63,756 nt of DNA, filler included, from an uncultured Methanospirillum sp. (GCA_964637135.1; 4 parts of 4 records of this genome joined end to end with filler, not necessarily neighbours in it), one strand, 5' to 3'; counted from the whole stretch's first letter, positions 10,101 through 20,919 are shown. The notes: generated from the letters alone by a model not told the origin. Translations and numbers: made by a program.

Positions 10101-12025
10101 CCACCTTCCAGCTCACGTCGGAATTCCAGCCAAAGGGATCGCAGCCGGAGGCAATCGAACGACTTGTCCGGGGATATCGTTCCGGCATGCCGATGCAAAC
10201 GCTCCTCGGGGTTACCGGGTCAGGCAAGACGTTCACGATGGCGAACGTGATCGCCGAGGTAGGGGTCCCGACGATCATCATCGCCCACAACAAGACACTC
10301 GCGGCACAACTCTACCACGAATTCAGGGAATTCTTCCCGAAGAACCGGGTAGAGTACTTCGTCTCCTACTATGACTACTACCAGCCGGAGTCCTACATTC
10401 CCCAGAAAGACCAGTACATTGAGAAAGATGCCCAGATAAACCCGAAAATCGAGATGATGCGGCTCTCGGCAACGGCGTCTCTCCTCTCCCGGCGTGACGT
10501 GATCGTGGTTGCCTCGGTCTCCTGTATCTATGGTCTCGGCCGGCCGGATACATACAAGAACATGGGATTCGATCTCGGGACCGGACAGAAGATCGGGCGC
10601 CGGGAGATCATCGAACGCCTTATCGACAACCTCTACGAACGCAACGACATCGAACTTGTTCCCGGGAGGTTCCGGCTCCGGGGCGATACGATAGATCTTG
10701 TGCCGAGCTACTACAACAATATCATCAGGATTGAACTCTTCGGTGACGAGATCGACCGTATCACCGAGATCAACCGGACCACCGGGGATGCGGTGGAGAA
10801 CCTCCGGCATATCTATGTCTACCCCGCGAGCCACTATGTGATTCCCGAATCAGAGAAAGAAGCGGCTATTGTCTCCATACAGGAGGAGCTGGCTGACCGG
10901 TTACCAGGACTCGGCATGCTGGAGTCACACCGGCTTGAGCAACGGACCCAGTATGACCTTGAGATGATCCGGGAGACGGGATCATGCAAGGGAATCGAGA
11001 ATTATTCTCGTCATTTCGACGGCCGGAGTCCGGGACAACGTCCGTACTGTCTCCTGGATTATTTTCCTGAGGAGTTTCTCATCCTCATCGACGAGAGTCA
11101 CCAGACGATCCCGCAGATCAGGGCGATGTTCAATGGGGATCGCTCCCGGAAGACCCCGCTTGTCGAGTACGGGTTCAGGCTCCCGTCTGCATTCGACAAC
11201 CGGCCGCTCCGGTTTCCCGAGTTCGAGGAGTTCATGCAGCACGTGATCTTTGTCTCTGCCACGCCCTCGGTCTACGAAGCAGAACATGCCGGTCAGGTCG
11301 TCGAACAGATCATCCGGCCGACCGGGCTTGTCGACCCGGTTGTGGAAGTCAGGCCAATCGAGGGCCAGATGGGGGACCTGAAATCCGAGATCGAGGCTAC
11401 CATCGCAGCCGGGGACCGGATCCTGATCACCACCCTCACGAAACGGCTTGCCGAGGAACTTACCGAGTACCTCCTCGCAAAGGAGATCAAAACCCGGTAC
11501 CTGCATTCAGACATCGATACCCTTGAGCGGACCGAGATCATCCGGGAACTGCGTCTCGGGAAGTTTGACGTCCTCGTCGGGATCAACCTCCTTCGGGAAG
11601 GCCTCGATATCCCTGAAGTCGGGTTTATCGGGATCCTTGATGCAGACAAGGAAGGGTTCCTCCGGGACGCACGAAGTCTCATCCAGATCATCGGACGGGC
11701 TGCACGGAATGCACAGGCCCGGGTGGTCATGTACGCTGATACCATCACCGAATCAATGAAGACCGCCATTGACGAGACGATGCGACGCCGGACGCTTCAG
11801 CTTGAATACAATTCCGCCCACGGCATTGTTCCGATGACCATCAAAAAGCCGGTCAGGGCACAGGAAGTTGAGATCTCACCAAAGAAGCGGACACCGAAAG
11901 AAGCAATTCCAAACCTCCTGATAGAGCTGGAAACAAGGATGAAATCAGCAGCACAACGGCTTGACTTCGAAGAAGCGATCCTGCTCAGGGACCAGATATC
12001 AACGCTCAGAAAAGAACTGGAATAA
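10097..12025 (+). CDS. uvrB: Excinuclease ABC subunit B
   Basis: GVTGSGKT, YYDYYQPE, DESH, GRAARN, C-terminal UVR domain; ATGA overlap with uvrC. Confidence 0.98.
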   Translation: MTTFQLTSEFQPKGSQPEAIERLVRGYRSGMPMQTLLGVTGSGKTFTMANVIAEVGVPTIIIAHNKTLAAQLYHEFREFFPKNRVEYFVSYYDYYQPESYIPQKDQYIEKDAQINPKIEMMRLSATASLLSRRDVIVVASVSCIYGLGRPDTYKNMGFDLGTGQKIGRREIIERLIDNLYERNDIELVPGRFRLRGDTIDLVPSYYNNIIRIELFGDEIDRITEINRTTGDAVENLRHIYVYPASHYVIPESEKEAAIVSIQEELADRLPGLGMLESHRLEQRTQYDLEMIRETGSCKGIENYSRHFDGRSPGQRPYCLLDYFPEEFLILIDESHQTIPQIRAMFNGDRSRKTPLVEYGFRLPSAFDNRPLRFPEFEEFMQHVIFVSATPSVYEAEHAGQVVEQIIRPTGLVDPVVEVRPIEGQMGDLKSEIEATIAAGDRILITTLTKRLAEELTEYLLAKEIKTRYLHSDIDTLERTEIIRELRLGKFDVLVGINLLREGLDIPEVGFIGILDADKEGFLRDARSLIQIIGRAARNAQARVVMYADTITESMKTAIDETMRRRTLQLEYNSAHGIVPMTIKKPVRAQEVEISPKKRTPKEAIPNLLIELETRMKSAAQRLDFEEAILLRDQISTLRKELE

Positions 12026-12067
12026 CCGCAGCGATAACCGGAACGGTAAAAAGGGGAAGAAAAGGGG

Positions 12068-15000
12068 TTACTTGATAACCACGTACCCCTGTTTTGTCTT
12101 TGTCGAGGTTCCTTCGTCGCTCGTGACGCTCAGGGTGACCGTGTAATTGCCCGGGGTGTCATAGACATGGACCGGGTTCTGGTCATATGAACCGGTGCTG
12201 TCACCGAACATCCAGGTCCAGGCAGTCGGGAAGCCCTGGGACTGATCCTCGAACTGGACGATAAGCGGAGCCTCGCCGGATACCGGGTGGCCGATGAAGT
12301 CGGCAACCGGCTCCTGGAGGATCGTGATCGTCTCGTAGGCATAGTCTGAACCGACATAAGGTTTCTCGACCTTGTGGGTCACCTGGTACACGCCCGGAGC
12401 GGTGTAGGTATGGGTGACATTCTTTGCAATCGAACCTTCTTCGTCATCGCCAAAGTTCCAGCCATATGAGACACCGTCCGTGTTCAGGGAACAGTCAGTA
12501 AACTGAACCTGGACTCCCGGAGGGATCGTACCGCCGAGCGGCGTGGCGTTGATGCAGGCAATCGGTTCGTTCGTGACGGTGATGTAGTTCTCCTTCACCT
12601 TTGAGACACCCTTCGGGGCTGCCGCGTTGAATGCCGTCAGGGTAACGGTGTAATTCCCTACTGCGGTGTAGTAGTGAACCGGTTCGCGGACATTCGTGAT
12701 CTCACCGTCGCCGAAGTCCCAGAGCCAGTCGGTCGGGCTGTTGCGGGTGAAATCGTAGAAATGAACCGGGTACATCGGCGGGACACGGATGCGGTCAGAA
12801 CCGAAGTCAGGTTCCGGCGGCATGACAAAGACCGGCTCAATGGTATGATCCTTCGTCACGTTCTTAAAGCAGTACGGGCTGGTCGCATTAGCGGAGACGT
12901 TGTCCACGATCAGTTCGGTATAGACGTTTCCGGCAAACGGCGTGATGGTAAAGCACTGTTCTGAACCGCAGTTCACCTGGACGATACCGCCGGTGCCGTT
13001 CGGAGTGATGGTACCTCCTTCAGACTGGTTGACTGTGATGCTGAATGTCTTGACGAGGAAATCGGCGTGAATGGTATGATCAGATCCGACATCCGTGAAG
13101 GTATACGTAAACGGACTGATCTGCGGACCGATTCCGGTACCGTCAATCAGGACATCACCGATGGTGTGACATCCGTCTGCCGTGATGGTAAAACTGGATG
13201 AATTCCCTATCGGAACGATCTGCGGAGTGGACGGGGTGATCATGCCACCGGCTGAAGCGCTCGGGGTGATGGTGTAGGCGTACTGCGAGAAACCTGCCGT
13301 GATATTGTGATCCTTCGTCACATTCTCAAAGCAGTACCGCGAGAGGTTGCCGGTGTTCACCCCGTCGACCGTGACATTGGTGATGTAGTAGTTGGCATTT
13401 GCGGTGATGTTGAAGCACTGGGAATCGTTATAGGTCACATTGACCGTCCCGTTCGGCTCAATTTTTCCGCCCTGTCCAGCAACCGCCGTGATAGTCAGGA
13501 CGTCAGTGCGAAAATTTGCAACAATATCATGATCCTCCGTGACCGTGATATTGTAAGGACTTACCGCACCCTTTGAGACACCGTTATCCATAACCGTGGC
13601 AAGTTCATACCCGGCAAACGGGGTAATCGTAAAGGATAATTCATCCCCGTACCCTCTGGTCAGGTTCCCGGACGGGTCAATGATACCGCCTTCTTCAGCC
13701 CGGGCAGAGATCCGGTAGGATCCTTCATCAAAGGTGAGCTGAAGGGTCATGTTCGCCGTGGCCTTTCTCGAAGGGATGATGATCGATTCCCCGGATATGT
13801 CGGAATCGAGTGCAGAGAGTGAATCGGTTTCGGTCCATCTGGTATTCGAGATATTCACATGATACCCGGGATCAGGAACCACCTCGTATGCATGCGTGGA
13901 TCCCAGGTAATCGATCTGGTAGGGAACCGCGGGAACACCGCCATCCAGCAGTTTACCCCCGGTTCCGACCTCATGAGTAATCCAGACCTTTGTCGGGCGG
14001 AATTTCGCGTAGATGATATGGTTGGTGGTGAGGTTGTAGAACTCCCACCAGTTATCCGTGGATTTCTGTATGTTGTCCACCCAGAGGCTCTCCTGGACAT
14101 AATCAGTGTCGTTCACAAAGTTGTACCGCAGGCTGTCAGAGCCGTAATCATAGGACCGCTCACCGGAGAGATCATGTCCTTCTGAGTCAACAACCCGTCC
14201 GCCTTTGCTGACAGTTGCATTGACTATTACCTGGGCAACACTTGCCTGTAGGTGCAGGGTTGCATTCCCGGTTATGTTGGAGATCATAGCGGTAGCTGAA
14301 GGAAGATTGTACGGGATGACACTGGTTTTGTTCGAATCTGAGCGGTATACGGTCAGGTTGCCGGCAAGATATTTCGGACCATGACCACTCAGGTCGAAAC
14401 TGGTTGAGTCCCCGGCAAAGACCACGATGGAGGCCGGGTGAATGGCACTGTTTGCATCAGCGGTAGCAGTCACCCAGTACTTCGCCACGCTCAGCTGGAT
14501 TGCCTGGCCCCATTTGGATGGTCTGCCCACGAAGAGGGTTGAATCAACGGTGATGGACTTGGGTGAAAAGAGCGGCATCTTGTCAAAGGTAACGTTGACC
14601 AGTTTCTCGGATGGCAGATCAACCCAGCAGGGAGTCCGGTTCGGTGCCAGTTCTCCGTTTACATACACCCGTGCACCGGAATCTGCATCCGGGAGCCCGT
14701 CAACGTTTGTCTCGAAGTATACACCCACGTATTCGGTCAGGGGAGTCATATCCTCCTCGACTGACATGTCGTTTCCGGCTGTTACCGAGAATTCACCTGA
14801 TACCGGGTGGTGTCCGTCAAGGAAATAATAGTACTGGTATGAACCGGCATGCAGTTCCATCTCAAAGGGAGTGGTTCCAACGAGCCCGGCGACGATTTTG
14901 ACCGGCGGAATGGTTTCTGCACCGACAAGGCTCTTGATTTCAAGTTCTGCTTCTTCTGCAGAACCGTTGAACTCTTCAAGAACTGTCTCCGCATCCTCCA

Positions 15001-15664
15001 TGACGGATGCAACAGTACCATCGGAGAAATCTCCCCCGATAAGAAGTACTCTCGCCCCGCTCGGGTCGCTTCTGAATGTGACATCTGCCGAATCCGGAAT
15101 CGGGACCAGCGGAACGTACAGTTCGGTTACATTCCCTGCTTCGACCGTTGTCGAGCCGTTATACTGGTAATACCCGGGTTTCGTCAGGGTATAGTTATAT
15201 AATCCCGGGGGAAGTGACTCGACAGATGCCGGGGTGGTGCTGTAGATCAGGCTGGTCACGTTCGGCACCACGCGGTTTAATACCAGGTCTGCCCCGAACG
15301 GGTTTGAATCAAGGTGAATAGCACCATATACCGCGTTCTTCTCGGTCATGGTGACCGTTCCGAAATCCACAACCTTTCCGGCCTCAACAATGAATGATTC
15401 ATTCCACCAGGTTGTATACCCGTATTTCTTCAGATATATCCCGTATGTTCCGGGTTGGACAAAAAATTCCTTCGGAGTAAACCCCCGGGTATCAGATACC
15501 GTCAGGTTATCCGGATGAACTGAGGTATTCGTGAGATAAATCTCCGCCTCGCCGGGGCTTGAATTAATATAAATTACCCCGTTCTCCGGTTCAGCCATCG
15601 CACCGCCGATCGCCAGCAAGATGCATATTCCGACGAGAAGCGGATACATTGCAGTCTTCTTCAT
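12068..15664 (-). CDS. Secreted surface protein: PEGA-like repeats, InlB-B-like repeats, three C-terminal PKD domains
   Basis: Signal peptide; SxPxGA..TP PEGA pattern; GGxIxPxG..YxFxNVxxDHxIxAxF repeats; W(D/N/M)FGD PKD motifs. Confidence 0.85.
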   Translation of the reverse strand: MKKTAMYPLLVGICILLAIGGAMAEPENGVIYINSSPGEAEIYLTNTSVHPDNLTVSDTRGFTPKEFFVQPGTYGIYLKKYGYTTWWNESFIVEAGKVVDFGTVTMTEKNAVYGAIHLDSNPFGADLVLNRVVPNVTSLIYSTTPASVESLPPGLYNYTLTKPGYYQYNGSTTVEAGNVTELYVPLVPIPDSADVTFRSDPSGARVLLIGGDFSDGTVASVMEDAETVLEEFNGSAEEAELEIKSLVGAETIPPVKIVAGLVGTTPFEMELHAGSYQYYYFLDGHHPVSGEFSVTAGNDMSVEEDMTPLTEYVGVYFETNVDGLPDADSGARVYVNGELAPNRTPCWVDLPSEKLVNVTFDKMPLFSPKSITVDSTLFVGRPSKWGQAIQLSVAKYWVTATADANSAIHPASIVVFAGDSTSFDLSGHGPKYLAGNLTVYRSDSNKTSVIPYNLPSATAMISNITGNATLHLQASVAQVIVNATVSKGGRVVDSEGHDLSGERSYDYGSDSLRYNFVNDTDYVQESLWVDNIQKSTDNWWEFYNLTTNHIIYAKFRPTKVWITHEVGTGGKLLDGGVPAVPYQIDYLGSTHAYEVVPDPGYHVNISNTRWTETDSLSALDSDISGESIIIPSRKATANMTLQLTFDEGSYRISARAEEGGIIDPSGNLTRGYGDELSFTITPFAGYELATVMDNGVSKGAVSPYNITVTEDHDIVANFRTDVLTITAVAGQGGKIEPNGTVNVTYNDSQCFNITANANYYITNVTVDGVNTGNLSRYCFENVTKDHNITAGFSQYAYTITPSASAGGMITPSTPQIVPIGNSSSFTITADGCHTIGDVLIDGTGIGPQISPFTYTFTDVGSDHTIHADFLVKTFSITVNQSEGGTITPNGTGGIVQVNCGSEQCFTITPFAGNVYTELIVDNVSANATSPYCFKNVTKDHTIEPVFVMPPEPDFGSDRIRVPPMYPVHFYDFTRNSPTDWLWDFGDGEITNVREPVHYYTAVGNYTVTLTAFNAAAPKGVSKVKENYITVTNEPIACINATPLGGTIPPGVQVQFTDCSLNTDGVSYGWNFGDDEEGSIAKNVTHTYTAPGVYQVTHKVEKPYVGSDYAYETITILQEPVADFIGHPVSGEAPLIVQFEDQSQGFPTAWTWMFGDSTGSYDQNPVHVYDTPGNYTVTLSVTSDEGTSTKTKQGYVVIK

Positions 15665-15916
15665 AATTTCTTCCCCTTACCTTCCAACGAGATTTCCAGA
15701 GCGAACCTCCGGGACGCATGCCTCATTTGGATGCAACTCGCAATAGGAGTTAATCAGGGTTATATTTCTCATCATATATATACATATGGAAATACGCCCC
15801 ATATACATCCGGTTTGCGAAACCGGAAGAAGATAAAAACCAGTAATACAAAAAAAGAAGAGTCTGGAGAAATCAAAGGAAAATCCTCTGATTTCCCGCAT
15901 TCTTGTGTATTAGTCC

Positions 15917-17185
15917 TCACAGGACGACGACGTATACCACCTTCGTCTTCTCGCTGGTACCGTTCTCATTCTTCACCGTCAGGGAGACCGTGTACATGCC
16001 CGGGATAGTATACTGGTGATCGGTGGTCGGCGGGAACGGGGCCGATTCAATGAGGTTGGAACCGTCACCAAAGTCCCAGTACCGGCTGGTCACATTTGCC
16101 TGGGCCGGTGTCGAGTCAGTGAAGTGAACCGTGAGTGGTGCCTGTCCGGTCGGGAACGTCTGCCCGCCACTCGTACCAAAGTCAACATTCCGCGGGGCCG
16201 ATTTCTCCATCACTTCGTACGTCCGGGAGACCGATTTTGTGACCAACTCCCAGTTGGTGGCGGTCATGATTACATTGAAGGGACCAGTCCGCTCAAACAC
16301 GTGGGTAATTGACGGACTTGTCGTGTTGGTCGGGAGGCTTCCGTCACCAAAGTCCCATGACCACTGGGTCGGTACCCCCTTTGACGCATCGGTGAAGGTT
16401 ACCGTGGTTCCGACATTAGCCCACTCCTCAGGACTTATCGTAAAGTACGGAATCAGGCTACGGACTTTCACGGCATCGGGGATCGTCTTTATATGCGATC
16501 CATACTGGTTTTCAGCCTTCAGGGTGATGTCGAACCAGCCGGGTTCGGTGTACCGGTGCGTGGGGGTCCAGTTCAGCCCATCAAGAACAGTACCATCCCC
16601 GAAATCCCAGAGCAGGCGGCTAATACCCGGTCCCTGAGTCGTACTCCTAAAGGAGACCTCCTGGCCGATATCAACGATATCAGGAGCGAGGGTGAAGTCT
16701 GCTACCGGCGTCCGGTTCTCGGTCAGGTTCAATGCCCGGGTTACCGTGCTGGTCGTGTTGTATACCACATCAGTCACGGTGAGGGTGACGTTGTAGACCT
16801 TGAACTCGGCAAACTGGTGGAACGGATGCTGGGTAGTGTTCGCGGGGGTTCCGTCATCGAAGTTCCAGTTCCACCCGGTTGCCCGTCCGGTGGGAAGGGT
16901 GAGATCCTGGAATGAGACGATACGTAAAGGATCAACGGCATAGGTCCCGTTCGGCCTGAAATCTGCCTGGAGGGGATCCACGACCTGGATGTACCCGGTC
17001 TTCTGCTCGGTATCACCGGATCCTGAAGAGACATTCCGTGCCGTCAGGGTAACGGTGTAGGATCCTGACCTGTTAAACGTATGATTCGGATTCTGAAGGG
17101 TACTGTTGCCGGGGTTTGCTGGATCTGAAAAGTTCCAGTCCCAGTTCGTTATCCAGCCGGTGGGAACGGACGTATCGGTGAAATT
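15917..17185 (-). CDS. PKD-repeat surface protein (5'-partial, runs to the contig edge)
   Basis: About five WxWxFxD PKD units; frame stays open from the gap (NFTDTSVPTG...). Confidence 0.85.
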   Translation of the reverse strand, partial: NFTDTSVPTGWITNWDWNFSDPANPGNSTLQNPNHTFNRSGSYTVTLTARNVSSGSGDTEQKTGYIQVVDPLQADFRPNGTYAVDPLRIVSFQDLTLPTGRATGWNWNFDDGTPANTTQHPFHQFAEFKVYNVTLTVTDVVYNTTSTVTRALNLTENRTPVADFTLAPDIVDIGQEVSFRSTTQGPGISRLLWDFGDGTVLDGLNWTPTHRYTEPGWFDITLKAENQYGSHIKTIPDAVKVRSLIPYFTISPEEWANVGTTVTFTDASKGVPTQWSWDFGDGSLPTNTTSPSITHVFERTGPFNVIMTATNWELVTKSVSRTYEVMEKSAPRNVDFGTSGGQTFPTGQAPLTVHFTDSTPAQANVTSRYWDFGDGSNLIESAPFPPTTDHQYTIPGMYTVSLTVKNENGTSEKTKVVYVVVL

Positions 17186-17285
17186 NNNNNNNNNNNNNNN
17201 NNNNNNNNNNNNNNNNNNNNNNNNNNNNNTTAATTAATTAANNNNNNNNNNNNNNNNNNNNNNNNNNNNNNNNNNNNNNNNNNNN
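17186..17285. other. Artificial contig spacer (N run with TTAATTAATTAA)
   Basis: Six-frame-stop linker flanked by Ns. Confidence 0.97.
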
Positions 17286-17852
17286 TTTTTAGGGACCGAA
17301 TCCCCGATGAAAATATCCACTCCAGCCAATATCACATATGAATTTGATAAATCTGTATTCACTCCTGAAGAGGCAAAACTTACAACAGATCTGCAAATTC
17401 TTCTATTTCCTGAAAAAGATCCGACAGTAACTCCAACGAGGATTAATAGCACGCTGCGATCATTACGGACATCTAATCTATATAAATTACCCGGCGAACT
17501 CTTGTATGAGGATAAAAAAAATGGAACGGCTGTAATAGCCAAAACTGATATGATCTTTGCAAATATTGTGGTTACTTCCGGAAACTCTACTCATATTCTT
17601 GATTCGTATCTGTATCCGCCTATATATAGACCGGAAGACATCATCGGTTTGAATAGTAAATGGGATAACAGTGTTAGTGCCTGGGTAGAATTATCTCAGG
17701 TAATGAATATTGCCAATATTTCGACAGTAAAACGAATCTCCCCGGTTATTTTTGGTACGTTTAATAAAGGTTCAATAACAACAGAGGGGGATGGTATCCA
17801 TCATTCAGATTTTGTCCGATATGGAGTAAACGATACCCGTTTCACCCGCTGA
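17286..17852 (+). pseudogene. Truncated paralog of the pro-region of the protease at 21853
   Basis: Strong DNA/protein similarity to ~21957-22498 (PGELLYEDKKNGT, GSITTEGDGIHHSD); similarity stops before the catalytic domain. Confidence 0.85.
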
Positions 17853-18051
17853 AATCATGCGGTGGAGAGAGGAATATCCTGTCACTCCCAAAGCATTAGA
17901 CACTACCTGATGCGAATTTTCAATAGAATGCATAGACGAAGATCACCTCAGGTAGCAGTATGTTAATCAGGAAAACCTGACACATACTACTATAGTCGTC
18001 TCTATGTAAGGAATCACTGACGTAAACGGCCGATAATGATGGAGAGTATGA

Positions 18052-18315
18052 ATGGTTGAAAGCAGAGCCGGAGTAACAATCCGCCAAAGGGAAGGATATC
18101 CTGCTTTTATTCCAAAGCCGCTCCCTCCCCATCTTCCTTTAGATCTTCATGATTCCTTGCTCTCTCTTCTCTCGCATCAAGGCAGGATAATCCTGAATGA
18201 TATCAATAAAGAAAATAGACGCCTTATTGAGCCTTTCATCCCAAAAAATCATCCTCGTTGGTATACGCCTGTAGAGAAGAGACCCCTGATTCAGACGTGG
18301 ATATCATGGGAATAG
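18052..18315 (+). pseudogene. Fic-family N-terminal remnant fused to unrelated sequence
   Basis: RAG..RQ.EGY.AFIPKPLPP resembles the Fic N-terminus; no HPFxDGNGR core. Confidence 0.6.
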
Positions 18316-18561
18316 AGGATGCCGTGGATCATCAGAGGATGGAAATGATCAGGCAAAAAAGCAGTGGGAAGAATAACGCCGGGTGTTGGAATGAATATTA
18401 TGGTATCCTATAGAAAAAAATCCAGAATCCGGTACCGGGAACGGTGTTGTACCAGCCCCATTCTGAAGGGAAGGGGGTTTGAAAACAGATAAATGACGAT
18501 AGGTCATTTCAAAGATTTGATACCCTGTATTCCGGAAAGATAAAAAAAAGGGATTTAACAC

Positions 18562-18876
18562 ATGAATGAGAATACCGGAACGCCTGGACAGATTATCGAG
18601 ATCCTGACTTCAAAGAGAGATGAACTCATTGCACTCTCCCGGAAACACGGTGCATCAAATATCAGGGTTTTCGGCTCTGTCGCCAGACGGGAAGAGAGGC
18701 CAGGATCTGATATTGATCTTCTGGTAGATATGGATGAAGAAGCAAGTCTTCTTGATCTTGCCCGCCTGAAAAACGATCTTGAGGATCTGCTTGGAAAATC
18801 AATTGATATCACGACAAAATCTGCTCTTCATCCCATGCTTGCTGATGCAATCCTGAAGGAGGCAATTGCACTGTGA
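18562..18876 (+). CDS. Minimal nucleotidyltransferase (MNT) antitoxin
   Basis: FGSVARREERPGSDIDLLV (GSx10DxD). Confidence 0.92.
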   Translation: MNENTGTPGQIIEILTSKRDELIALSRKHGASNIRVFGSVARREERPGSDIDLLVDMDEEASLLDLARLKNDLEDLLGKSIDITTKSALHPMLADAILKEAIAL

Positions 18877-19226
18877 GAACCCGGGACATTTACCTTGCTG
18901 ATATGATGGAATCGATCAACAAAATCGAATCCTATGCTGAATCAGGAAGAGAAACGTTCCTTGAAACACCTTTAATCCAGGATGGCATTATCAGAAACCT
19001 GGAAATTATTGGAGAAGCAGCACATCACCTGGATGAATCATTTCAGAGATCAAATCCTGATATTGACTGGAGAGGAATAATCTCGCTTCGAAATCTCCTG
19101 ATTCATCAGTATCACCGGGTTGATCTTAACCTGATCTGGCGTGTTATTGAACGGGATATCCCGCAATTAAAAGTCAAAATTCAGAATTTAATCAGCGAAT
19201 CTGAACACGATGGAAAGGGGAAGTAG
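18873..19226 (+). CDS. HEPN (DUF86/HepT-like) RNase toxin, intact
   Basis: RNLEIIGEA and RNLLIHQY (Rx4HxY); GTGA overlap with MNT. Confidence 0.92.
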   Translation: MRTRDIYLADMMESINKIESYAESGRETFLETPLIQDGIIRNLEIIGEAAHHLDESFQRSNPDIDWRGIISLRNLLIHQYHRVDLNLIWRVIERDIPQLKVKIQNLISESEHDGKGK

Positions 19227-19434
19227 GGTCGTATCAGAATATTGCTGCAAAAAAAGATTGATCCCATAATCGATACAATCAGATTCACCTGTTTAGATCC
19301 TGTACCCTTTTATCAGCACACATTCAACGGTACGACGATAGGCTTTGCCATACAATCTTATAGATCGCTCGAATCCGGTCCCTGAATGACAATACATAAT
19401 ATAGCCCCGTCTGATAATCAGATTATACCTCATT

Positions 19435-19752
19435 ATGCAGGGACTCATTGAGCAAAACCGGCATCCAGTTATCAGGCACCTGAACGATGTAGTCCCGACG
19501 ATAAAAAACACATTCGGGGTTACCCGCATCGGGATCTTTGGTTCGGTAGTTAGGGGTGATGAGACCGGCAAAAGCGATGTTGATATCCTCGTTGAACTGA
19601 CAGAAGGATATAAGACCCTTAAAAATTTTGTTGCCCTGGCTGATTATCTCGAAGCCCTCCTGAGTCGGAAGGTAGACCTTGTCACCGTCGATGGACTGGA
19701 TCCGTATGTCAGGCCATATGTAGAGAACGAGGTGGTCTGGGCTCAGGGATGA
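19435..19752 (+). CDS. Second MNT antitoxin
   Basis: IGIFGSVVRGDETGKSDVDILV, RKVDLVT. Confidence 0.9.
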   Translation: MQGLIEQNRHPVIRHLNDVVPTIKNTFGVTRIGIFGSVVRGDETGKSDVDILVELTEGYKTLKNFVALADYLEALLSRKVDLVTVDGLDPYVRPYVENEVVWAQG

Positions 19753-19810
19753 CTGGATCTCCCTGAAACATATACTTTATGAAATTTTAGTTCTGTTGAG
19801 ATCTTCTTTT
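19740..19810 (+). pseudogene. Remnant of a DUF86/HEPN toxin N-terminus
   Basis: Overlapping frame reads LRDDWISLKHILYEI, like DUF86 N-termini, then diverges; no Rx4H. Confidence 0.45.
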
Positions 19811-19979
19811 AATAGCAGCTCGAGAGAATCTCCCCCTGAATTCAGGATTTGTTCATCTTTAGGGCTAAATCTGATGTAATTTATGGGGTTCTATTTTCGT
19901 CCCAAAATATGGTAATTCACATTAAAGACTCTGTTAGCCACTATTTTGATTATCGACGAAACCCATAGATCACATACGC

Positions 19980-20213
19980 ATGACCTCCTCAACCATCCAG
20001 ATACCTGAGTCCACCATCCATGCTCTCGATCACCTGAAAATCCATCCCGGTGAAACCTACGCCGAGGTTATCGAGCGACTTATCGGCCTCTGTAACGAGG
20101 AAGAAGATCTCACTCCGGAAGAATGGTCACGAATAGAGCAGGCCGAAGCAGAATACAAAACCGGAAAAACATACAATTTCGACGAAATAAAACGAAGACT
20201 GGGAGACGAATAA
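19980..20213 (+). CDS. Putative antitoxin (RHH-like, archaeal RelE-associated type)
   Basis: TIQI..LDHLKIHPGETYAEVIERL; paralog of 30129-30365; directly upstream of a RelE frame. Confidence 0.8.
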   Translation: MTSSTIQIPESTIHALDHLKIHPGETYAEVIERLIGLCNEEEDLTPEEWSRIEQAEAEYKTGKTYNFDEIKRRLGDE

Positions 20214-20484
20214 TATTTTTACCCTCTCTTTCTCCCATTCTGCCGAGCAGGGACTCCGGCAGATTCCCAAAGAATACCGGATAGCAATATACCAGAAACT
20301 GGAAGAACTCTGCCATCTTGAAAACCCCGTTCTTCTCCTGAAAAAACTGAAAAGTCCGGATGGAGTCAGCCGGTACTCTCTTCGGGTTGGGATATACCGG
20401 GTCATCCTGAGAATAGAACAAGATAAACTGGTCATCATCGTCCTTGATGCAGGACATCGAAAACACGTATATCGCAAATACTGA
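20206..20484 (+). pseudogene. RelE/ParE-family toxin frame starting at ACG (not in the ORF track)
   Basis: Open 92-codon frame ..KKLKSPDGVSRYSLRVGIYRVIL..AGHRKHVY; no ATG/GTG/TTG at the 5' end after the in-frame TAA at 20188-20190. Confidence 0.8.
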
Positions 20485-20679
20485 TTCCCTTTTTCAATAC
20501 ATATGGTGAGCAGGCTGTTGCATGCCGGAAACGACATTCAGAGATGATTTGTTCGATACCGGTTTCCGGAATCCTCCAAATCCATATAAAATGAACTTAC
20601 CCTTTCTCACATCCAAAATTGAGAGAACTTATTCAGGGGAGAAGAGTATAAAAGGGTATATCGAAAGGAGATCTGCCTG

Positions 20680-20919
20680 ATGACGAAATATCAATTTACA
20701 ACCCTGATATGGGAAGAAAACGGGGTGTATGTTTCGAAATGTGTAGAGATTGAACTCTCATCCTGTGGGGATACCCCAAAAGAGGCACTTGAAAACCTGC
20801 GAGAAGCGATCGATCTCTGGTTGAAAAATGCCGAATATCTCGGATTATTATCCGATGCTCTTCCCTCAATAACCGCGTCAGAAAAATTTACTTCTACCAT
20901 CGAGGTTGAGGCTGCGTGA
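20680..20919 (+). CDS. HicB-family antitoxin
   Basis: YVSKCVEIELSSCGDTPKEALENLREAI. Confidence 0.88.
   Translation: MTKYQFTTLIWEENGVYVSKCVEIELSSCGDTPKEALENLREAIDLWLKNAEYLGLLSDALPSITASEKFTSTIEVEAA

Noticed and set aside
17230..17241. Palindromic TTAATTAATTAA occurring three times
   Set aside because: Always centred in N runs; an artificial contig linker, not a biological site
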